DNA from: Callorhinchus milii
Taxonomy: Eukaryota
Reading direction: 5' to 3'
Length of the DNA: 64,000 nt
NCBI RefSeq assembly: GCF_018977255.1
Contig: NW_024704743.1
Coordinates: 92,940,001 to 93,004,000 of the forward strand
A model generated the notes under the pieces. That model saw only the letters and a program-made list of their open reading frames with translations, did not search any database and had not been told where the DNA came from. This document shows, in pieces, positions 1-12,952 of this stretch. Every line of letters starts with the position of its first letter. The stretch's first letter is position 1. A program made the position numbers and the translations under genes.

Positions 1-2075
1 AGAGTATTTACAGGAGGACATCCCAAAGCCCTGAACAGTCTTGGGTCAGAACCTGAGCATGGCGGAGGGGTGGTGTAGGGGTGAGGGAAGGCAGAGAGGT
101 GGGAGGGTGAACAAAGGCACGGTCAAAGAGAAGGGTCTTGAGACCGGCCTTGAAGGAGGCAAGGGAGGAAGCGAGGCGAAGGAACCATGGGATGGAGTTC
201 GAGAGCATGGAGGTAGAGAAGCTGAAAGCCCGGTCAACGATAGTAGAGCGGTTCGGGCGGGAGACATGGAGCAGGCCGGAGCCCGCTGAACAGAGCGAGC
301 CGGCAGGTTTGTAGGGAGTCAGCAGGTCAGAGAGGTAGGAGGGGGCAAGGCCATGAAGGGATTTAAATACAAGAGTAAGGATCTTGAAATTGATATCCTC
401 CATGGGAACCAATGGAGTTTGACAATGATTGGGGTAATGGAGGTGTGGAGTTTAGTGCAAGTGAGAATGTGGGCGGTGGAGTTTTTAATTAGTTGAATAT
501 TGGAAATAGTGGAGCAGGGGAGATCGGTGAGAAGGGTGTTTAAGTAGCCGAGGTGGGAGGTGACAAAGGTGCGGCCGAGAGTTTCGGCAGCTTTTTGGAG
601 TGAAGGATGCACAGAGGTGGGCAATGTGGCAGAAATGGAAGTGGAGGTCCTGGCCAGAGACCGGGTGTGGAGTACAAAGGATAGCTGGGGACTGAACCTG
701 ACCCTAAGTTGCACATTCTGTTCAGTGAGTTTTAGGGAGAGCACAGAGAGGGTGAGTAGGTCAGACCTTAGGGAGAGATCAGAAAGGGTGAGCAGGTCAG
801 ACCTCAGGGAGAGATCAGGGAGGGTGAAGTGGCCTAAACCGCAGAAGAGAAGACATTGACGGGAGCCAAAATATATGGGTTCCATCTTGTCAACGTTCAG
901 CTGCAGGAAATTTGCTCTCATCCAGGCCTTGATGTCTGTCAAACAAACTGACAGAACATCAGCAGACTGGGAGTCATAGCTGGAGGAAGAGAAGTAGATT
1001 GTGTGTCATCCACAATCATATGGCATGTCTGCCGAGGACATCACCAAGAGGGAACATGTAGATAAGGAAAAGAAGGGGGTGAAGAATGAAGCCATAGGGT
1101 ACTCAGCAAGTAACTGGGTGGGGGGGCAGGAGGAAAACCATTTGCTGAGTTGTATTGTTGGTGGTTTGTTAAGTAGGACTCGAACCATGGGAGTGAGGTC
1201 CCACTAAGATGGATGAAGGAGGAGAGGCAGTGGAGGAAGATTGCGTGATCGACTGTGTTGTATGTGGTGGAGAGGCCCAGGAGAAAGAGGAGGCAGAGGG
1301 AGCCCTGGTCACAAAGAGAGAGGATGTCATCTGTTACTTTGACAAGTGCTACCTCTGTGCTGCGGGCAGGGCGAAAACTGGACTGGAGAGGTTTGAGTAG
1401 GGAGTGGAGGGAGAGGTTGAGGGAAGCTGATTTGCAATGACATGTTCCAAAACTTTGGCTAGGAAGGGCAGATTTGAGATGGGTCTGTAGTTTATGAAGT
1501 TGGAGGGATTGAGGGTAGATTTTTTAAGGAGCGTGATGACAGCGGTTTTGAGGGGAGTGGGAAAATGCTTGTAAAGAGGGACTGGTTGATTGTTTCAGCC
1601 AGCAATGGGCAGAGGAGGGTGAGTTGAGTAACCGGAAGCTAGGTGGGGAGGAGGTCGATGCAGCAGGTGCTGGGCTTCATCTGGGTGATGGTGGGGAAAG
1701 GGAGGAGGGAGAGATGGAGGCAAAGGAGTGTAGGTGGGAACCATGGTAGGAGGAGAGGGTAGTGAAGGAGACATGGGGTGGTGGGGGAGGAATAGGATAG
1801 TATTATCTAATTTGGAGATAAAGATGTCCAGGACCTCTTCACACTTGGCATCAGAAGTGAGGATCGAGGGTGCTTGACAGGGTGATGTGTAGTGGAGAAC
1901 AGGATTTTGGGATTGTTTTTGGCCTTGAGAATGACCTGTAGAAAGCAATTTGGGCTTGAGAGAGGGAACAGTGATAGGTATGAAGACGCTCGAACCACAG
2001 TTGGCAGTAAATCGTGAGGGCGGTTTTGTGCCACTTGCACTCGAGCAACCGGGTTTGGATTTCAGGACTTTGAGC
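1..2075 (-). mobile_element. L2 LINE, 5'-truncated and decayed (linker, RT, C-terminal domain, 3' UTR)
   Basis: Minus-strand ORF pieces [42 protein letters not shown] and KNNPKILFST are typical of L2 ORF2. The 3' UTR matches other L2 copies in the window. Confidence 0.9.
748..830. repeat. ~36-bp tandem duplication inside the L2 copy
   Basis: The unit gggtgagtaggtcagaccttagggagagatcagaaa occurs twice plus a partial copy; it translates as repeated SLRSDLLTL. Confidence 0.8.
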
Positions 2076-2203
2076 TCACTGTCTAGACTGATATTCCAAG
2101 GTAGTGATGAGGGAGTTTGTGTTTAGACTGAATGGATTATTGAAATTATGGTTTATCTATTGGATTATGCAGATAAACAATATATCCATACAGCAAGACT
2201 TAC

Positions 2204-2303
2204 CTGATGTTCCTTGCAACCATCACTGTAATCTTGGTTCTTCTAGCAATTCAAGTTCTTTATATGGTATTGACTGGACTGAGCGGCATCTGAAAGGTTG
2301 CTC
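2204..2303 (-). other. Candidate exon (5' UTR, non-coding, or start-codon-bearing) of a minus-strand transcript
   Basis: Minus strand reads gctgttgttttctaagcag|GAGCAACC...GGAACATCAG|gtaagtc, with a consensus donor. All three frames contain stops. An ATG at 2223-2221 sits in a gtgATGG context. Confidence 0.3.
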
Positions 2304-3297
2304 CTGCTTAGAAAACAACAGCCTTTTTTAAGCAAGGTTTCAAGATGGTGCTTCAGAGCAACTTCAGTTACCCCAGACACGGCCTCTATTCACACGTTAA
2401 AGAGAAAGGGGTAACTCAAAACATACTTTAATGCTGTTCCATAAATAGATGATTCAATAGTATCCCTGTGTTTTTTTTACTACTTATCAAAATCTTGCAA
2501 TCTTATTGCTTCAATACTTTTTAATGGGTTTTCATTCTTGTCATGCTACAGGGAAAATGAGAACGTTGGGGGACGGAAAGGGGGTTGTTACTAGATATAA
2601 ACACATAGATAATAGAAAGCATTTCATTGTGTTTGGAAGCATTGCTAATTTCCCTACAATGACTGCTATTCCCTTGTGAAATAACATCTTTGGGGCTTCT
2701 TGAATTGTTGGTGAATTTATCATCAAATAGAAATTGTCAGTGACTGAGATTTACATATTTACTGATAAATGAAAAATTTTCCCTTGAATATGAAATAGCC
2801 TCTACATGTAGTACTGGAATGAAACATTATTTTCTTCTATAGTAGCACTGCTCTGATGTGAGAATTATTTTACATTGCTGTCTATGGATTGAATTGATAT
2901 TTTTAAACGTCGAATTCATTACTAAACATCCTTAATTCACACAGCTATCATACTATCAATACTATCAGCTATCAATTCACACACCTGATCATACATTGTT
3001 ATGTTCACATACTCGCCTGAAAAGCAGCAAATAACTAAGTGGCTGGTTTGCTGAATGGGAGAATGTTAAAAGATGCTGTGAGAAATGTCCAGAGTAAAGT
3101 GCTACCCTAAAATGATAGCTAAGGTCATAGCAGCTGGCTCATTTATACCATTTATACTGCTGAAGTGATTTGGTATTGCTCCCCCTCAGAGCAGTTTGGA
3201 ACAGATACAATATTTGTACTTCTTGTTCCATACTGGTTCTCATTAGAGAACACTGCAAATGTGCAATTTTTAAACTAACTGATATCGAGCACCTTAT

Positions 3298-3360
3298 ATT
3301 CTTTGGGACGTCCTCCTGACGTGAAAGGCGCTATACAAATGTAACCTTGTTGTTGTTGTT
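3298..3360 (+). mobile_element. Isolated L2 3' terminus
   Basis: ttgggacgtcctcctgacgtgaaaggcgctatacaaatgtaacc followed by (ttg)n. Confidence 0.8.
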
Positions 3361-4459
3361 TTCAGACCAGTAGAAAATAGTCATAGTTTCTATAGCTAAA
3401 GATGCTATCTGTATTTTGGAAAATCTATATATCTCCCAAAGTGGAGTCCATTATAATAGCTCACATTTGACTTATTTTAGTCACATTGGAACACGAGCAT
3501 TCAAACCTTCCAGTTCCATTTCTCCTGCAGCTTGATGTTCAGGACAAATTATTCCCAGTCCTTTGGCCAAATTCCTCTATTCTTGGCTGAATTCTACCCG
3601 CCTGTTCCAAATGTTATCTTTTAATTAGATGTAATAAGTGTTTACTTGGGGACTATTGTAGTCTCTAGCAAATGATTTTCGCAGTAAAACAGAATCACAT
3701 TTCCTCTGTACAGTATATGATGATTGTTTATTTGTGTTATTGGTTCTCCGGGGAATTATTCTATAGTTAATGTAAAACACCACAGTGCAAGCTCATTAAA
3801 AAATATTATTTATCTGTGTGCATGGTGCAAAATTCTGCTACCTTTTTCAGAAAAATAAACTGCATATTAAATTACCTTTCTACCATGATATGTCTTTCAA
3901 TCCAAAAAGTCCTGCAAGATTTTTCACACAGAACTGACGGAACAAGGCAGGAAAACACACTCAGCAAGTATAATTCTCCATGCACCAAGGAACTCTTTTT
4001 CAGCTTGTTTTATACTTGGGCAGTACACTTTTTTGGCTGTCAACCCAAAAGTGCAAGCTTGCAGGCAGATGTCAGGTGCTTCACAGTATCATGCACCATC
4101 GTTCCAAATTCAGCAGGCTATGCCTTGAGATGCCAGAGCTATTTGAGAAAAATGTTTCCAGTAGTTGGAAAGCTTTTATTGGCAATAGCAGAGAAAAGGA
4201 TCAAAATAATTGAACATTGATTTTGCAGTGGGGGAGAATGAGGGATGAAGGAGGTCAGTAATATTATGAAGGATTTCAGCTCAGCAATTGGAACATTTCT
4301 GTATAATTGTATAACATTTCACCAAACAAGCATAAAGCACTCCCACATCAGGTGGACAGTTTTCATAGATTCATAGATTCATAGAATGTTACGGCACAGA
4401 AGGAGGCCATTCGGCCCATCGAGTCTGTGCCGGCTCTTTGACAGAGCAAGTCACTTTCA

Positions 4460-7245
4460 CTAACCCCAATCACCAGCTTTCTCCCCATAACCCTGCAAAT
4501 CCGTCTTCCCCAGATACTTATCCAGTTCTCTCTTAAAAGTTGTTATCGAATCGGACTTGACTGCCTTTTCAGGCAGATCATTCCAAATTCGAACAACTCG
4601 CTGAGTGAAAACATTTCTTCTAACCTCCCCTCTGCTTCTTTCGGTAGATATCTTAAGACTGTGACCACGGGTCACAGACACACCTACCAGCGGAAACAAC
4701 TTTTCCCTATCTAGCCTGTCAAAACCTTTCATGATCTTGAAGACCTCTATCAGGTCCCTGTGTAACCTTCTCTGCTCCAATGGGAAAAGTCCTAACTTCT
4801 CCAGCCTGTCCTCATAGCTAAGCTTCCCCATTTCTGGTATCATTCTCGTGAATCTCCTCTGGACTCTTTCCAGTGCGTTAATGTCCTTCCTGAAGTAAGG
4901 TGCCCAGAACTGGACACAGTACTCCAGCTTAGGCCTAACCAGTGTTTTGTATAGATTAACCATAACCACCCTACTCTTATACTCTATGCCCCTACTAATA
5001 AACTCAGTAGACCAAATGCCTTTTTTACTGCCTTATCTACCTGCCCCGCTACCTTTAATGATTCGCTTACTTGAACACCCAAATTTCTCTGTACATTCAC
5101 CCCCTTAAGATTGAGCTACCAAGTCTATATTGCCTCCTATCATTTTTCCTACCTAAGTGTATCACCTCACACTTATCCACATTGAAATCCATCTGCCACA
5201 TGTCAGCCCATTCCACCATTCTGTGTATGTCTGCTTGCAGTTGGTTACAGTCCTCCTCACTATTTACTACCCTACCTAACTTTGTATCATCTGCAAACTT
5301 GGAAATAGTGCTCTCTATGCCCAAGTCCAGATCATTAATATATATTAGAAAGAGCAGTGGTCCCAATACCAGAACCCTGGGAGACACCGCTGCACACCTC
5401 CTTCCATTTTGAGAAACACCCACTAACCAACAACCTCTGCTTTCTGTCACTCAGCCAGTTCTTAATCCAAACTGCCACTGTCCCCTTAATACAGTGGGCC
5501 TTTACTTTTTTGTATTAATCTCTTATGTGTTACTGTGTCAAAAGCCTTTTGAAATCCATGTAAATAATGTCCACTGCATTTCCCTCATCAACCCTCGCAG
5601 TCACCTCTTCAAAAAATTCTATTAGATTTGTTAGGCAAGATTTGCCTTTAACAAATCCATGTTGGCTGTCTCTAATTACCTCATGTTCCTCTAAGTAGAG
5701 ATTTATTCTGTCCCGGATTATGGTCTCCAGTAATTTTCCTATGACCGAAATTAAGCTGACTGGCCTGTAATTTCCAGATTTGTCTTTCTGGCCCTTTTTG
5801 TAGAGGGGGGTAACATTAGCCACTCTCCAGTCTCTTGGCACCACTCCTGTGTCCAATGAAGATTGAAATATAATGGCCAAAGCCTCCGCTATTTGAACCC
5901 GTATCTCCCACAGCAACCTTGGGTGAAACCCATCTGGTCCTGGTGGCTTATTAATTTTGAGCCCAGTCAATCTTTTCAGAACTTCCTTTCTGTCTATAGT
6001 AATCTGATCTATTTCCTCTACCCCCTCATCCAATACTGCGGCATCTGGGGCATTTATTTCCGTTGTGAAGACAGATGCAAAGTACTCATTCAGTACATCA
6101 GCTATGCCCTCTGCCTCCGCAACAAGATTGCCGTCATTGTCTTTGATTGGCCCCACCCTACCTTTAACTAACCTTTTTTCCTTTATGTGCTTGTAAAATA
6201 TTTTAGGATTCACCTTTATGCTACTCGCAAACCTCTTCTCGTACAATCTTTTAGCCTGTCCTATCACTCTTTTAAGGTCACTCCTGCATTCTCTATAGTG
6301 CGCTTTGCTATCCTCAGTATCTTGCGTCTTCCAATTGTCGTACGCCGTCTTCTTCTTTTTCATCCTAGACAGAATATCCCTGATCATCCAGGCTGGCTTG
6401 GTTGTCGCACATTTCCCTTTTGTGGGAATATATCTATTTAGACCTTGAGCTATCATATCTTTGAAGATCTCCCATTGCTCATGAGTCGTTTTACCTGCTA
6501 GTCTTGCTTGCCAGTCCACCAACTCTCGGTCCCTTTTTAGCCCATCAAAATTAGTACTTTTCCAGTCAAGCATTTTCACCCTTGACTGTACTTTGTCCCT
6601 GTTCATGAGTAATCTAAATCTAATAATATTATGGTCACTGTTACCTAGATGCTCCCCTACCAAAACATGTTCAACCTGACCTATTTCATTCCCCAGGACT
6701 AGATCCACCAATGCTTCCTTCCTCGTAGGACTGGAGACATACCTCTCAAGAAAATTTTCCTGTACACAGTCTATGAATCTTTCTCCTGACTTGCCCTTAG
6801 CGCTGCTATTTTGCCAGTCTATATTGGGATAATTGAAATCCCCCATTATCACAACTCTGTTCGCCTTACATCTATCCGCAATCTGGTTGCAGATCTGCTC
6901 CTCTATCTCCTTCCCGCTGTCTGGTGGTCTATAGTAAACCCCTATCAGTGTAATCACTCCTTTCTTATTTCTTATCTCTAACCAGAGGGATTCTGTTGTC
7001 GGGTCCTCCAGAGCCTCGTTTCTTTCTACAGCTATAATTGTATCCTTAACTAATATTGCCACTCCTCCTCCTTTTCTTCCTTCTCTATCCTTCCTGAACA
7101 CATTATATCCTGGAATATTTAACTCCCATTCCTGTCTTAGCTTGAGCCATGTCTCGGCTACTGCCACAACATCGTAACCCCCTACAGCCAGTTGAACCTG
7201 CAGCTCATCAACTTCATTCCCTAAGCTACGTGCATTTAGGTACAT
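4460..7245 (-). pseudogene. CR1 ORF2 (APE endonuclease + reverse transcriptase), frameshifted
   Basis: APE motifs YLNARS, ETWL, GGGVA, GVYYRPP, MGDFN and NSDH. RT motifs NYRPVSL, QHGF, GPLLFLIYINDLD and KFADD. C-terminal [16 protein letters not shown]. Frameshifts/deletion fall near 5550-5380 and ~5000-5100. Confidence 0.95.
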
Positions 7246-7248
7246 GCA

Positions 7249-7680
7249 TTAGAGGAAATTGTCCGCTTGTACCTGCTCTATACTTCCCACTTGTCTTTTT
7301 CCTCTAATCTCTAATCCATTGTTTATCCTTGGATACCCATCCTCATGGATACCCATCCCCCCTTGACACTTGTTTAAATCCGCCCCTACAGCATTTGATA
7401 ATCTCTTGGCAAGGAAGCTCACCCCTGCCTTGCTTAAGTCCCGCCCATCCTCAAGGTAAAGATCCCACCTCCCCCAGTAATCGTCCCAATTGTCCAGAAA
7501 ACGGAAACCTTCTTTTCTGGACCATTTCTCCAGCCAATTATTCATGCGCCTGATCCTTTCATTATGGTGCTTTGTTGCCCGAGGTACCGGGAGTAACCCA
7601 GAGATCATCACCTTGGATGTTCTGGACTTGAGTTTGCTCCCCAGCAGGGCAATTTCTTTTTTATTTTTCCAACAACTTCC
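7249..7680 (-). pseudogene. CR1 ORF1 C-terminal SGNH/GDSL esterase-like domain
   Basis: LGSKLKSRTSKVMISGLLPVPRA...MNNWLEKWSRKEGFRFLDNWD...DLYLEDGRDLSKAG resembles CR1 ORF1 esterases. The usual DGxH reads DGRD here. Confidence 0.85.
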
Positions 7681-8154
7681 ATATCCCAAGTATGATGTTC
7701 GGCTGCACTAATGTAACAATTTCAGTCTCTTTATCCTGTGCGTTGATCATTGTCACATTATGGATGCTTTTGTGCAACAGGCAGTGAGTTAACAACAGCC
7801 AGAGTGGCCTCAAATAGGGGTCAAAATTCCATGTGTGGCAGTGCAGCTGCTAATTTATGATTCTCGGGTAAGTTGGGGAATAGATAGTGGGGAAGATAAT
7901 TACATAGAACAAATTATTAAAAATTGATCTGGTGGATACACTCCAAGCATAAGCTCAATTACCTCCTTATTCAATTGGTACAGGTCGGTTGGGTCATTTT
8001 TTTTCACAAGTTAAACCAGGTGGCTGCCCAGACGCAGAGTGTTTTGGAGATCAGGAGGAGAGCTCCTGATGTAGACAGAACTTTGGACGCTTACCTTTTT
8101 CTTCACATAAACACTAATTTAGACACCTAGTACTGAACCCAATAATATGATCCT

Positions 8155-9885
8155 AACAACAACAACAACAAGACTACATTTGTATAGCGCCTTTCACTTC
8201 AGGAAGACATCCCAAGGTACTGGACAGAGTACAGCATTTTAGAGCCGAGCTGGGGTTGGGGGGGTAAGAGAGGGGACAGGAATGGGGGTGATCAATGGCA
8301 TGGTCGAAGAGGAGGGTTTTGAGGCGGGACTTGCAGGAGGCTAAGGAGGGGACGAGGTGGAGTGACTGGGGTCTAGAATTCCAGAGGTTGGGGGCAGAGT
8401 GGCTGAAGGCTCTCTTGCCAATGGTGGGTTGGGGAACGTGGAGCAGGCCAGAGCCGGCTGAGCGGAGGGAACGGGCGGGTAGGTAGGGGGTTAGGAGGTC
8501 GCAGAGGTAGGGTGGGACGAGGCCATGGAGGGCTTTGTATGTGAGGACCAGGATCTTGAACTGAATCCTCTGAAAGATAGAGAGCCAATCGAGTCGGGCG
8601 AGAGTGGGGGAGATGGGGTCACGGAATTTGGTGCAGGAGAGGACACGGGCTGCAGAGTTCTAGATTATCTGCAGCCTATGGAGGGAGGAGTTGGGAAGGC
8701 CGACAAGCAGGACGTTTGCATAGTCGAGCCTGGAGTTGATGAAGGCATGAACAAGAGTTTCAGCGGCCTGTGGGGTGAGGTTACGGAGATGAGGGAAGGC
8801 AGAGAAGGTCATGGCTTCAATGTGGGGGGGAAAAGACAGTTGAGGATCGAACAATACACCTAGGTTCCTGGCTGGCTTGGTGAGTTGAAGTGTGCAACCA
8901 TGAAGGTTGATGTTGCTGGAGCCTGAGGGGCTGAGGTGCTGGCGCGAGACAATCAGGAGAGCCTCAGTCTTGTTCACATTCAACTGTAGGAAATTTGCCC
9001 TCATCCAGGACTTGATGTCCGACAGACAGTCTGTCAGCAGTGATCCTGGAGTTGAAGGTGGAGGCAGAAAGATAGAGTTGGGTGTCATCCGCATACATAT
9101 GGAAGTTGACCCCATGTCTACAGATGATGTCACCAAGGAGGGGAATGTAGATATTAAAGAGGAGAGGGCCAAGAACAGAGCCCTGGGGGACACCAAATGT
9201 GACAGTGCGGGGGCTGGAGGAAAGAGGCAACAAAGTGGAGACGGTGAGAGAGATAGAAATCGAACCAGGCAAGGGCAGATCCATGAAGATTGAGTAAAGT
9301 GGAGAGGTAGTGTATGAGGATAGAGTAGTCGACAGTTGAAGGTGGCAGAGAGGTCGAGGAGGACAAGGAGGCAGAGGGAGCCCTGATCATAGATGTTCAG
9401 AAGGTCATCGGTGACTTTGACCAGGGCTGTTTCTGTGCTGTGGGGTTCAAAGAAGGAATGGTGAGGGAGAAAGGAGCGGAGCTGGGACGCGACAACTTGT
9501 TCCAGGACCTTGGAGAAGAATGGGAGATTAGAGTTGGGGCGGTAGCTGGAGAGGAAGGATGGATCCAGTGAAGGTTTTTTCAGGATGGGGGTGATGACGG
9601 CCATTTTTAGGGGGTGGGACCTGAACTGATGGACAGGCAGAGGCTGATGACATCGGACAGGAAGGGGGCCAGAAGGTGGAGCTGGGAGACAAGGAGATAG
9701 GTGGGGATGGGATCGAAGGAGCACATGGTGGGTTTGAGTTTGCGGACAGTCATGGTGAGGGAGAAGGGAGAGATAGGGTCGAAGGAGTATAGTGGGGGAC
9801 GGGTGGGGGGTGGGTCATGAGGGAGAGGTGATGTGGGGGTGGCTGTGGACGGGGCTGAGGTGGCTAAACGTATCCCCTTGATTTC
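8155..9885 (-). mobile_element. L2 LINE, 5'-truncated (~1.7 kb)
   Basis: (CAA)n tail on the + strand at 8155. RT motifs [24 protein letters not shown] and [13 protein letters not shown]. Confidence 0.95.
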
Positions 9886-10127
9886 TAAGACCACATGTGG
9901 CAGATACCCGGCTAGGCACCTAAGTGGGGGAGGCAGAAGTGGGTGGGGTGGGGGGGCAGGCTGGAATGATGATCAAAGATGCAAGCCTTAAAGGAGTCTT
10001 TAAAAATCAGGAGGGACATTGAAACCAATTTTGATACATTCTCCCTCAAAATACACCTTCAATCCACTTTAGCGTATATCCTGTTTTGATTCGTCTCAAC
10101 AATGTGATATGGTGCTATATCAAACAC

Positions 10128-10645
10128 ATCAGAATACATTAGAATTTGCAGCACAGAAGCAGGCCATTCGGCCCAAACTGGTCTATGCTGGTGTTTATGT
10201 TCCTCCTCTCTTCCTCAACTAAGCCTTCAATCATAACCTTCTATTCCTTTCTCCCTCAGGTACCTATTTATTTCCCTTAAATACATCTATGCTATTTGCA
10301 TCAAGAACTCCTTGTGGTAGCATGTTCCACATTCCCACGACTCTCTGTGTGAAGAAATTTCTTCTAACTTCCCTATTTGATCTATTTATGACTATTTTAT
10401 ATTGATGGCCCCTGGTTTTGTTCTCCCCCACAAGTGGAAACACCTTCCCTATGTCTACCCTATCAAAACCTTTCATCATTTAAAGACCTTTATCAGTTCA
10501 CCCCTTACCCTCATTGTTTCAAGAGAAAAGAGTCCAAGCATGTTCAGCCTTTCCTGATAGGTATAACCTTTCAGCTCTGGAATCAACTTTGTGAATCTCC
10601 TTTGCACCCTCCCCAGGTCCTCCACATCCATTCCATAATGTAAGG
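10128..10645 (-). mobile_element. CR1 3' fragment
   Basis: MKGFDRVDIGKVFPLVGENKTRGHQYKI...RRNFFTQRVVGMWN, plus the CR1 3' UTR motif ggccattcggccc. Confidence 0.9.
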
Positions 10646-12609
10646 AATATTATTTTATTATATTAGCAGTTTTGTAGAGCTAAAAACTTAATGGTAGAAA
10701 GCTGATTAATTAGGATCTGAAAGACAAATACCAGGTCAAAATTGTAATATTGTAAGACACAATTGAGCAGTATCATTAAAATGTCTTTTGAAATAACTCT
10801 CCCCTTCTTCTGAATAATGATAAGTGCCTTCTCAGGTGATAATATTGTGACCCACCTTCTCATAATCCACTTAACACTTTTTTGAGGTGTGAGCGGATTT
10901 CAGGTACCTATTTATCGGCTTGATTTATTTACGATCTTATCTTATAAAGTGAAACTGAAAGGCCACAATCTGACATCCTTAACTTTATGTTAGGCCAATG
11001 AAAAATTCCAACAGATGTGATCTGCAACAATATCCCCAAGGCTAAGCCTGACTAATGAAACAGTTCCACCTGTTGCAGCCTACAAAGCTAGCTGTCCCTC
11101 ATTAGAGTAGCAATGCTACCAGGTTCAATGATGGCACACAGGCTTAGCCTGCCGGGCCACCTTGTAGGTCAAACCTTTTCAAACTGTTTGTTTGGGCAGG
11201 CCAAACTGCACAGAAGCACAGACTACCAGCCTAACTATTGAGGTAGGCCACCATTTTGTGCATTTATGCTGCTCCCCTGACTGAAAGTAATTTCAGTCCT
11301 GAAATATCACCAATCTTCACTCAATCATGACAAGCCTGAAATTATTCCCACCTCTGAGAGCAGTCATTAAACCTTTCTTCAACACATTACAGGGATAAAA
11401 TTCTACCTGGGTCTAGATTTACTCCAATAACGTTGCATTCCAGAGTGTACAAATGTTGGCAAATTCTTAAATACAGCCTTAGTTTCAAAGCTAATTTTCT
11501 GTAAGTTTATTTTAAGCAACTAAATTCTATCAAATTCTGGTCACTGGGAAATGTTCCATAAATAAGGTAAATTTGGACAACAACAACAACTTGCATTTAT
11601 GTAGCAACTTTCACATTTCTCGGAGAGCTTAATAGTAACATCTTCGAGATGCCTCAAAAACTTCACAGAATATAATGTGAATTGACAGCAATGCTTTTTT
11701 TAAAAAAAATGGGGTTGACCAGTTAATTCTAAGCTGCATCATTCAAATAAATCTTAAATGGAAGTTCCATGTTAGTAATAAAAATGATTCAAGGAAATGG
11801 AATCTGCATCATTGCTTTCCTCCAGCCCGGTGGGAAGAAGGGGGATTGGACCAGGTCAGTGAGTTGAGCAGGTCACAATTTGTCAAGAATCATTTTCTTT
11901 TAATACCATCAGGGCTAATCCACCAGGGAGTAACCCACAGCAGCAGCGAGCAAGACACTGAAGTGTAATTTTTAAAAAAAGAATAACTAGATGGGTTGTG
12001 GTATATAGTGCGATGAAACTGCCATAAGGGTTTCATTGTAAACCATAAATCTTAAGACTATTATACCACAAGGGAAATGAAAATAAACGGATTCAGCACA
12101 TCTCTGCTCTCATATCATTGTGGCTTCTATATTTGAAAATGTAATACAGTTGCCCTTATGTCACAAGGTCAAATTGGAGCACAATTGCAAGCCTCACATA
12201 GTTTTGCGGTATTGCAAAGCCATTGAATATCATTTTCTGTCTTTCAACCTATTGCTTCAAATGTTAGAAAGCCAACAGCACTGTTCCCTTTTTATAACAA
12301 ATTGGGGACCCGCTGATTTGTAACCGTAAAACTATATTGATTTGATAGCTTGAATGACAAATTCTGATATTAGAAAGAGGGAATTTGATTGTAAAAAAAT
12401 ACGGACAAAAACTGTGGTCTGATTTTAGACTAAAAAGAAAAACAATATGAACTATTATCATCAGAGCTATGAGAACAATGAACAATTTTGTGCAAGGGAA
12501 TATTTAATGCTTTTCGAGGGAATTGGAGTTGGGCTCAACTGGGTTCTAATGATTGATGATATAAGTCTATTTACCTTTGTCACTTTTGTTTTTAAAAAAT
12601 AGTGTGTCC

Positions 12610-12900
12610 AATTATTTTACTAATTTTCCCCACTTTGGGAGGTGCCCCTCTGTCCTGGTGTAGCTTTCTCTTGCTGGAGTATAGTTCCCTCTGGTACCCC
12701 TCTCAAATGACCTTTGTTCATATGTGATCCTTAGGCAGTGAGCATCAGTAAGTTCTCCATTCGACTGTAGTGGGCATCACAGCAGAGCCTACATCTCCGC
12801 ACCTAACTCCCACACAGTCACAACCAGTAGAGGGGTGCAACCAGTAAACATTGAGTTTTGACCCAGCAAACTCCCAAGGCCATATTCTAATATCCTATCA
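12610..12900 (-). mobile_element. Old interspersed repeat (SINE-like); diverged relative of 63150-63530
   Basis: The reverse complement gctgtgatgcccactacagtcgaat...ctcactg...aactatactc aligns by eye with gctgtgacatctcttgcagttgaat...ctcactg...aaccatactc at ~63360-63475. Confidence 0.45.
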
Positions 12901-12952
12901 ATTGCACAATCAGTACAGTCCCCTGTTCCTTAATTATTATGTAACCTGTTCA

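Larger units (their letters stand above)
4363..7680 (-). mobile_element. CR1 LINE, ~3.3 kb, 5'-truncated within ORF1
   Basis: The 3' tail catagattcatagattcatagaat is (ATTCTATG)-type. ORF2 survives in three pieces (5530-7245, 5097-5450, 4460-4969) and the ORF1 C-terminus lies at 7249-7689. Confidence 0.95.

Noticed and set aside
3816..4220. 134-aa ORF in unique sequence
   Set aside because: Non-ATG start, no recognisable domain and no convincing splice-site pair.
5530..7245. 571-aa ORF as a host gene or an active retrotransposon
   Set aside because: It is CR1 ORF2 and frameshifts before the FADD motif, and the element is 5'-truncated.
8295..9293. Several overlapping + strand ORFs within L2 copies (also at 13371-13952 and 53409-54746)
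   Set aside because: Antisense shadows of C-rich L2 ORF2, not independent genes.
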